NCBI GenBank assembly: GCA_965655095.1
Contig: CBFHFQ010000478.1
Span: 1-60,652, forward strand
DNA length: 60,652 bases
Reading direction: 5' to 3'
DNA from: Haplodiscus bocki
Lineage: Eukaryota
The translations under genes and the position numbers were made by a program. How positions within the stretch are numbered: the first letter of the stretch is position 1; every line of letters begins with the position of its first letter. Under the pieces are notes generated by a model that did no database searches, was not told where the DNA came from, and worked only from the letters and a program-made list of their open reading frames with translations. Of this stretch, positions 52,526 to 60,652 are shown in pieces.

Positions 52526-53830
52526 TTATATATTGTCAACTTCTGTAACTTTATTACCATCCGATGTTATTTTCATTCTCTATGTCTAATTAAAAAGATA
52601 AACAGTCTAGTATTATTAGTAGCACCTCTATATTCTTCAAAAATTTGAATTTTCTATAGGTTAATAAGATCAACTTGAAATCCTAAATCAATGACTTGAA
52701 TAGGGTATATATTTTTCTCATCAGTATAACTTGTAAAAGGACTGAGTAGTTGTTCACAGACATATTCTTTTTAAAATCTTTTTAGATCTCTATACTGATC
52801 AACATAGTTATCTGATGTATGATCAATGCTAACACAATCTCCGGGTTAGCGACCACCATCGACATCAACATGATACTTTCTCCTATTTAGATTAATAAGG
52901 ATAGCAATGCTTTTTGCTTTGTTAGGGACTCCTACTCTAGCTACTGTTTGATTAGCTACTATTAGATACCTAGGACTATTGATATTTTGAGCAAAAACTA
53001 TGTCGACTTGGTATTCTAACTGAGTATGGACAGTTTTTCTATCGGTACTGCAAAAATATAATGACAATGTAAAACTCTTCTTAATAGAGTCATTAAACAT
53101 TATCTGTGTTTCAGCATCGGGAATGAATATTGGTACAAATAAAAAAAAATCATCAAATTTTACTTCAATATCATCACCTAGTGTTGTATATATGATATCT
53201 TGAAATCAGATGTTTTGAATGTTACATGAAATCCTAATTGTTTAGTGATCTTTTTAAAAGTTCTCCAAAATCCAAAAGTATGTTCAAGAGGTAATTGCCC
53301 TTTAGTTTTACCTTTTTTTGACAGCTATATTGTGGTTGTTAATAGGATGATGATGTAGTGATGTCTATTCAATTTCAGCTTCTGATTCAGCAATTTTATC
53401 AAAATGGGATAATAAATCTCGATATTTACCTGTTAAAGCTCTCATAATTGGGATAATTTGTCATACATATTTACTTTGTTCTATATCTGAACCTCCAGTC
53501 TTAGATAATCTAGTTTCTTTAAAACAATTTGCAAAAGCATTATTTACTAATCTATTAACATCTCCACCTTCAAGAACTCTTTTAGGTGCAACAGCAACAT
53601 CTTTTTCTATTGTCATTTCATATTGAAGATAAGCATTACCGATTTGATGGTAATGATAATTTTCACCAAGTATGAATTCACCATTTTGATCAGAAACATT
53701 TAAGTTTGCTGCTTGTTCATGACAAGTTTTCTAAAAATCTCTTTTTCTAATTGAATTATCAATTGTTTCAGTATCTAATAATTGAAAATCTTCAAGAATT
53801 CTTTTGTTATGCATAAAAAGCTAAGTGTAA
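52526..53830 (-). pseudogene. Major capsid protein (full-length only in array copy 4)
   Basis: RLVNNAFANCFKETRL..GGSDIEQ.KY; LPLEHTFGF; YQVDI..AQNINSPRYLIVANQT; YPIQVIDLGFQ. Confidence 0.8.
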
Positions 53831-53989
53831 TCAATAAAGCCACTTCCTGGGAATAAATTTCGTTTAAATGATTGTAAGTTTGGTGGTAATGTAGATAATT
53901 CTTTTTTATTTGAGGCTTAGGTTTTTGTTTAAGTTTGTTAAAAAAATCTTGGTTTTATTAATGTCTTCGTCATTTATTGGATAAAAATT

Positions 53990-54830
53990 AAATTTCTTCG
54001 ATAGATAATCAAAGTGTTAATGATTGACCAATAAAAGATAGTAACTTTCCATTTTCATTTTTTAATTTCAAACCAAACTTGAAATGAAGTCTTTAGATTC
54101 CTTCATATACCATTGTATTCCTCCTCTGAATTTTTCAATGTTTTGGTAACCAGGATCAACACCAATTGTAAAATTGTGTATTATTTCACTTCGTTTTTCT
54201 CTAAAAATCATTCCTTGAGCGATATCACTTTCTAAAAATATGTTATCAAATGTTACAATATCAGCGTGATTTGGTGATAGGTTATATTTTTCAGATATTG
54301 CACCTGAATCAATTCCTAATAGATCTCTGATACTATCATCATGAATGAAACTAATTTGAGTACCAATGAAGTTTGGTTTAATTTCTGTATTACTTCCTTG
54401 AATTGGAAAAATAGGGTTAATTTACAAATGGACAATTTTCTTCTGTAATATGCTCTTCTTTGATAATATTTCAATTAATTTCAACGTTTAAGCTCTCGAG
54501 TTCATATGTACCAGGTGAAATAGATAAAAACAATAAATTCATCATTGTTGATTGATACCGTGAAATAAAATTTGTTATTTTTGTTTATAACATTAAAAAT
54601 ACCACTATAGCCAGTTAGAAAAGTGACAGCTAGTTTAGGTTGTTTATTATTCGTTTGTAATGATTGAAGTAGATGTTCTTCGTGTGTAGATTGATTCATG
54701 ATAATTAACATATGTTCTTCCACTTTAGGTCTTGTATTAATTGCGATTTGTTCTGATTTTTTACTTGGAAGCTCCAATTTTTATGTTTGGAATTTTTCAG
54801 GAGCTTTTCGATGTTGTTGTTTGTTTTTTA
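53990..54830 (-). pseudogene. Minor capsid protein (penton-like); copies with a 56-bp deletion at ~41140-41900, ~45090-45850 and ~49040-49800
   Basis: IFNVINKNNKFYF..SPG.YEL..LN; IIHNF...PGY; ENG..SF.GQS, a Polinton penton pattern. Confidence 0.7.
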
Positions 54831-55660
54831 TTTCCGCCTTTTGTAGAATTCATCTAGTAATTTACAAGCTTCTGTTAGGGTTTCATTGTGTCCAGATAAC
54901 TTAAAACCTAGTAATACTTCTAATCTAGAGTAGATATCAATTATATTGGATGGTATGATAGTTTTTTCAATTCCCTGGCTTTCTAAGTCATTATCAGAAT
55001 TTTTTTTCATTAGAATCTTATATATTCTCAATTTCTGGTAACGGAAGATATAAAAATTGAGTTTTTGTTTTTGGTAGATTATGCAAAGCATCTTTCAATC
55101 AAGCAGAAATTGAACATTTTGTATGTTCCATATCAGAGAATCCAACAGTATTAAGTATATCAAATACTGTTTCTCTTTCAATATTATTCGATGAATTATT
55201 AGTGAGTTTAGTATTAGTAAAAAAATTTTGAATTTTAGGAGTTATATCAAATTCTCATTTTCAACATTATTTCTATTTTGTCCAAGTGGTTAAAAAAAAT
55301 ACACCATTCCAAAATACATCTCAGTTTGATTTTTCTTCTAATTTGAAAATTTTTTTGCTTCTTTTCATAAGAGTTAAAGTAGCACGTAATGGTAGAGTAC
55401 CGGTTATTTTTTCTAAAGCTGGTCTTTGTGTGTTTTAATCCTCAACATATGATTTCTTAACTATTTCACTTATTTTTTCAGTACTTTTGTTTACCTCATC
55501 TATTTTTTTAGTGATATGTGATAAATTTTCTGCTAGTTTTTTATCATGACTTTATTTTAAAATTCTATTTTTAGTTTTAAGCGCTCGTTGATTTTCTATT
55601 TTTCTGCTGTTCTGCTAAATTATGCAGATTAATCAAATTTTGTTCTGTTTCGTTGGATCA
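54828..55660 (-). pseudogene. Conserved Polinton hypothetical gene
   Basis: C-terminal IDIYSRLEVLLGFKLSGH resembles the RL.LL....GN/GH motif of a recurrent Polinton ORF; present in all four array copies. Confidence 0.45.
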
Positions 55661-55669
55661 AATACTCAG

Positions 55670-56405
55670 TTACTTATAATAAAAAAGCGAACTGTCTGGT
55701 AAGTATATTGAATTTAATCCCAATCGATAACGGCCTGTGTGTTTATACTTTGTCAAATCAATGGTAAGTGGTTGATAATTTTTATCCCAACAAGTACTAC
55801 TTAAGTATTTAAATTCGTTAAGTGTCATATCCATGATAGTTTCCTCTTTCTTGAGATTTTGAATATCGCTATATATTTGAGGTTTGAAAATGTGATAGAT
55901 ATTTCTTTTGGCTCGGATATTTCATTTTAGTAATTCCTAGTAATCTTGAAGGATTATAAAAATAGGTAAAATGTTGTGTCTAGATCTCTTAAACATCGCT
56001 TCTACTCTAGGATCGTTCGTCGCTCGTTCATTCAAATCATCTAGAATAATATTACCCCCATCATATTATTCTTGAGAAAAATTTTCATTCTTCAGTTGCT
56101 TTTCATGCCTGTATTTCAGTATCTGATTTTTCAAAGTCTTCAGCAGTACATATCTCATTAATTTTTTTATCAATATCTTCGTCATTGAGAATATTTGGGA
56201 TTATATAAATTAGTATATAGTTGCTAAAACGTTCAATCAGTTTTTGATATGAATCTTGGTGTACACTTGGAGAGTAGATGTACATTTTACTATTTTCATT
56301 GAAAATATTCAAAACTAAAGTTGTTAGAAATACTGGTTTACCACAATCTGATGATTCGGTTATGCTACAACGAACTGGATGAGATGGGTGTAAAATTTTC
56401 TCCAT
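55670..56405 (-). pseudogene. A32/FtsK-like packaging ATPase
   Basis: Degenerate Walker A ITESSDCGKP, IYSPS, Walker B GVIILDDLN, and arginine finger MFKRSRHN. Confidence 0.85.
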
Positions 56406-56593
56406 TATAATTTTATGGTTAATGAAGGTTTATTTAGTCTGTATATCATTAAATTCATTAAACATAAAATTGATAAACCACATGGTATTGTTAATAGTAA
56501 TGTTGGTATAATTATATCATTATTATTTTCATTGTCTGTACTATTAGCGAAGGTAATAATATCATAATTATCAGTTATATTTAACACATACAT
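56405..56593 (-). CDS. Small single-pass membrane protein (62 aa)
   Basis: Hydrophobic IIIPTLLLTIPCGLSILCLMNLMIY; stop overlaps the ATPase start (TAATG). Confidence 0.5.
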   Translation of the reverse strand: MYVLNITDNYDIITFANSTDNENNNDIIIPTLLLTIPCGLSILCLMNLMIYRLNKPSLTIKL

Positions 56594-56929
56594 TTCTTTG
56601 ATGAAATGAAATACTTTTTGTCGCTGATAGTTTTGATTATCATTTCAATTGTATGTAAAAATATATAACCTTTTAAATCAAAACATTCAATCCAATATAA
56701 TAAAAAAAAATTTCGTGTGGATATTTGATGTATTCTAATGAAATTCAAATTTAATAAGAGAACAAAATTAATTAATTAAAAAAGCTAGTTTAAAATAACA
56801 TTTGATAAAATAAAAATCAAAAAATTTTTTTGTGGTTAGTCATATGATCTTTGTATATTTTATCTATTTCAAAGAAATCAGGTTTAATCAATAACAAAAC
56901 TTCTATTTGCAATAGATTTAATATATTGC

Positions 56930-57124
56930 TCACAATTGTGATCCCTTGTTATTTGTAAGAAGATTATTTTTTTGTTGTCTTTTACGGGTAATAGTAATAT
57001 GATTTCCTGATTCAAGATGACTGTTATAAAAACTTTCTAAACAGAGTTTATCAAATATATCACAACTCTTTCTATTTTCATCATCATCAGCGCAATATAT
57101 AGCTTCTTGATGTTCACTCTCCAT
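56930..57124 (-). CDS. Small zinc-finger-like protein (degenerate C2H2/matrin type)
   Basis: CDIFDK...HLESGNH spacing; TAAATG start. Confidence 0.45.
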   Translation of the reverse strand: MESEHQEAIYCADDDENRKSCDIFDKLCLESFYNSHLESGNHITITRKRQQKNNLLTNNKGSQL

Positions 57125-57245
57125 TTATTTAAAAATGATTATTTCGAATGATTTACTCAAGATCCTGATTTTCACCTATATAAATGAAAACAATTAAAGA
57201 TGTGTTGATTTCTTTTAATCAATTTTTTTGATAGGTAATTTTAAT

Positions 57246-57720
57246 ATGGACAGAGTTATCAGACTAAATAAAGCACCTAATTGTTTGAATAAATATTTAT
57301 CAGAATACAATAACAAAGATGAGAGTCTTTAGTTTGTAATTTTAGCTATTATAGAAAAGATACCAATAATGCTCATTGATAGAAATACTGGAGATCTTCA
57401 TATTCAAATAACTGATTTTCGAGCTAATCTATTAAAATTAGTTTGTTTAGAAAATTTAAAAAGTCGTCATCAAATTGAAGAAATAGAAGTGGAGGATATT
57501 ACTAATTTTAGAAGTGAAAAAAGGAATTAATACTAATAAATGGTTGTGAAAGTGAAGGAAAATTTGAAAAGACTAGACATGTTAAAAATAAATTTTACGT
57601 GGGGAGAGAAATGTGAGATATTATGATAAAATTCTATATAATAGAAGGAATCTAATAATTTCAATTAAATTTATAATAAAAAATGTTAAAATTTCATACC
57701 AGTTTAAAAATTTATACGAT
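57246..57720 (+). pseudogene. Divergently oriented hypothetical gene of element B
   Basis: MDRVIRLNKAPNCLNKY... frame with internal stops; TATATAAA lies in the divergent intergenic region near 57177. Confidence 0.3.
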
Positions 57721-58174
57721 AAAAAACAAAACCCATAGACATGTGCACTGACAAACCTATAGTAAACTCAAAGTGTTTCCACAGCAGGGATCATCATTTT
57801 TAAGAACTGTGCATTTGGTGATTATCCTCCTCCGGCATGTAAGATATAACAAAGACTGGGGCTACGTGTGAAGTAGTGAAACCCGAACACTACGGCAAGC
57901 CTTAACTTCATCAATGATCTTTCCACTAAGCCATAGGAGACAAAATAGAAAGAGAAAAACTTTTCTATATATACATATTCTGTTATGTCAACATACTTTT
58001 CTCAGTCTTGAGTACATTTATGTTGTATTATGTCGACATAGTTGGAAGTGATTTTTTTCAATCTCGCGCATGTGTTATGTCGACATAATTTTGTAATGGT
58101 GAGTTTTTTATTAGTGTGGAGGAAAAATAGAAAAGCATGGTAAGTTAAATCTTTTAACGTTGGTAATGCTAAAA

Positions 58175-58324
58175 CAGGCGAGGCGTAGCCGAGCAATAAT
58201 ATAAGCCAGAGGCGATATAAGCCTGAGCCGGTGAGAGAGCAAAGCGAACGAGCGAGCCGGTATATTGTCGGATACATGAATAAATTGAGCGCTAGCGAAA
58301 ATCAGTCGTGTATCCGCAATGTAC
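58175..58324. repeat. Hairpin-rich module, possibly a mobile-element terminus
   Basis: GGCGTAGCC mini-hairpin; ~20-bp imperfect stem 58260-58279/58306-58324 with an internal CGCTAGCG palindrome. Confidence 0.55.
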
Positions 58325-58429
58325 TATATTGTTCAATTGGATTTTTTTAAAGGAACCCGTTCTTTCTATAATAAGTTTAGGCATCTCTGCATAAATCATT
58401 CAAAAAATGGAGCAAAAGTCAAACTTAAA

Positions 58430-60652
58430 CTAGTTTTGTCATCAGAAAACTTCCACAGTTTCAACTCACTGTAATCATTTAATACACTTTCTCCAAAAGG
58501 AGCCAAATTCAACTCCTGAACTTAGGGAAAACAACTTCAGTCTTCAATCAACAGCTCGAATTCTAAAGTATTTTGCAAGGAATACTGAAACTATAAATTC
58601 AAAAGAAACGGTAACTCGTCAAATATCAATGACATTCAAATTTCTGATCAGGATCATTTTTCAGAGGAGTTATGAGTCGTCAAAATGAGACCCCTGTTAC
58701 CTGAAGCGCAATTTTCCAAATCAGTTCAAAACCTATTGGTCTCGTTATATGATGTGATACCTCAATGGCAGATACCGAAATGAAAACACTACCGAAACTT
58801 ATCAGTAACAAGATTATCACAACCTATTAGAACTAACTTTAGTCGCCAAATTGAAATTATAATTACATACCGCCCAACCGAAACGTCGCATCCTCTGACT
58901 ATTTTTGCCGAAAAATTCTAAAATGAATCTAGGATTTTCTGCTCGGAACCAGACGTCCAAAGCAATTGATAACTGTCAATGAGTGGAAATACCACAGGTC
59001 AATGTTTCCTTCTTCCAGTTCAGAATGGTTTCGCTATGATTTTCTTACTTTAATACCGTTTTTACTTGATATTACTGAAAGGAAAATTATAATTCGAGTT
59101 CTCAAGTTTGAAAATACTGTACAGCTAACTCAATTCTTTGATTCTGAAATCTTTAATTAAATTGACAACCAACAAATACAAAGTAAATTCACTTTTGCAT
59201 TTCTTCCGTTTACTTACACGTATTTGGTAAGTTCCAATGCATGAATTTTGATAAAAATTGATTATATTATCCAAAAACCAATCGGTTTTCAGTATACCTT
59301 GATGATGCTGCAACCCGTGTCAATCTTGAGAGCCAAAAAAAGAAAAAATTCGTGAAAAGTTTCACTTATTGCCAAAACAAAAAAAAACCTTGATGTTCAC
59401 ACTCTTCCGTGTCTCTGCGATTTGTAGAGAAGGTTTTTGTGAACCAACTATTGCTTGTACTAATGCCTGGTTAGTTGAAAACTTATGGCTTATTAGTCGC
59501 AGTCAAAAGATATCTCATGGAAGTTTTGAACTTCATTCTCACTTTTAGAGATAAACTCTTTTTTTTTCCAACACCCAAAACTCAGTGCAAACAACAGCAA
59601 ACCCCGTTGTTAACAAAAAGAAACAATTTTAGATGTTCTCCTCTGAGAGGTCCCCGAACAGTAGCCATTTGGTCGAAATCCTGACCCTCTAATTTTACAT
59701 TCGAAATCTTGATTTATTTGTCACTTAGAAACGAAAGATTTGATTTGATTAGAGGCCTTTAAATTTTTTTTCAATAACATCATGGTACCAACCAGTTGAA
59801 CAGTAACCCCACTTCACAAGACAACCAGTTCGATCTTCTAACAACGGAGAAAAGGAGGGATACTTTTCCAGGTAAAAAAAGTGTTTACTTCTAATGTTGC
59901 AGATGAATCGAAAAAAACTATCACCTGATCGATATTTCTTGCCAAAAACTTTGATAACCTTTTAGAAACTCTCAGTTCTTCGGAGTTTCAAGTCTGAAAG
60001 GTAGTTTTCACTCCGTTTATAAACACGACTTGTAATAACATTGCTTTTACTATAGTTTTTCTCAGATTTTCTCAAAATTTGAACTTATCTCAATTCGAAA
60101 GGTGAGCTCAGAAATATTTGTCACTGAGAATTTGAAAAAGATATTTTTAGCATTGAAACTTTTTCGTAAATCATTTTACAATAATCTAATTCCAGTCTTT
60201 CATCTGAAGAGTTTTCGCAAAACGTTATTTTTCAAAGTTAAATTTTACGGATAGCTTGGATAGCTTGTTTATAGCTCAATGGGAACTGTTTTTAATGTTT
60301 TTAAGGAGCCAATCGAAGTTCTTTCAAATAATTTGACATGCCATTCTAAACCTGTATCTGTATTTCTTGCTAATTGCTCGTTTATGTTTCTCAATTTGAA
60401 TCAATTTTGTTTGCCACAATACTCCCGTATATCCAAATTTAGGCTAAATTGTTAACACTTCCAAACAAAACGCATCTCAAAGAGATTCGGCGATTTGAGA
60501 TTGACTTTTCTGCAACATACTGCTGCTAAATCGTAAGGAAATCTGAGTTTTTTCATTGCCAGTTCATTGTATCGTTCATAGAGAAAATCAATTTACAAAT
60601 TATGGAAAGTTTCTCGGCGAGAAGATCTTTAGCTTTTTCAGAAAAGGTTCGG
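58430..60652 (-). mobile_element. Decayed Penelope-like retroelement (RT plus GIY-YIG); runs off the right edge
   Basis: EGQDFDQMATVRGPL (Q..G..MGSPL-like), KVY*KP thumb motif near 59295, VVFSFR...SYNETNR endonuclease motif near 58730-58790. Confidence 0.6.

Larger units (their letters stand above)
39061..55970 (-). repeat. Head-to-tail array of the virion module: 39061-43016, 43017-46966, 46967-50912 (deleted copies) and 50913-55970 (undeleted copy)
   Basis: Near-identical ORFs recur with a ~3950 bp period (e.g. MDPSIKE at 40065, 44013, 47963, 51904), with identical junction structure. Confidence 0.97.
33358..57720 (-). mobile_element. Polinton/Maverick (adintovirus-like) element B, decayed, AT-rich, with an internal tandem amplification
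   Basis: Compact co-oriented ATPase, minor and major capsid, protease, HNH, integrase and probable pPolB N-terminus; abrupt shift to AT-rich composition. Confidence 0.9.

Noticed and set aside
37895-54904. Plus-strand ORFs within element B (e.g. 37895-38218, 42973-43227, 54698-54904)
   Set aside because: Antisense shadows of the minus-strand viral genes.
39061-55970. Array as a CRISPR-like or variable-cassette system
   Set aside because: The units are whole duplicated viral gene blocks with no repeat-spacer structure or hypervariable slot.
58405-58450. CTGATGA plus stem after Penelope element 2 as a hammerhead
   Set aside because: The position is suggestive but the GAAA core is absent.

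Overview
This is repeat-dominated eukaryotic, probably animal, DNA with no recognisable intact host gene, and nearly every coding signal is frameshifted or interrupted by stops. It holds two decayed Polinton/Maverick (adintovirus-like) endogenous DNA viruses facing each other. Element A (+ strand, ~22.7-31.6 kb) carries a DEDD exonuclease, packaging ATPase, integrase, minor capsid, core protein, major capsid, adenain protease and an SLYP/Vsr-type pPolB. Element B (- strand, ~32.3-57.7 kb, very AT-rich) carries an ATPase, minor and major capsid, protease, fibre-like repeat protein, membrane protein, core protein, HNH nuclease, integrase and an NLYG-type pPolB. The most striking structure is a head-to-tail four-copy amplification of element B's virion-morphogenesis module (39061-55970). 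One ~5.06 kb copy is undeleted; three ~3.95 kb copies share an in-frame ~1 kb major-capsid deletion and a 56-bp minor-capsid deletion, and all three joints are the same fibre/ATPase junction. The window also contains two decayed Penelope-like retroelements, a spliced zinc-finger transposase-like remnant, a 1.1-kb repeat present as an inverted pair around an ~11 kb block of orphan genes, several hairpin-rich modules and a 200-N assembly gap. Gene calls come from motifs read by eye across frames, so pseudogene boundaries are approximate.
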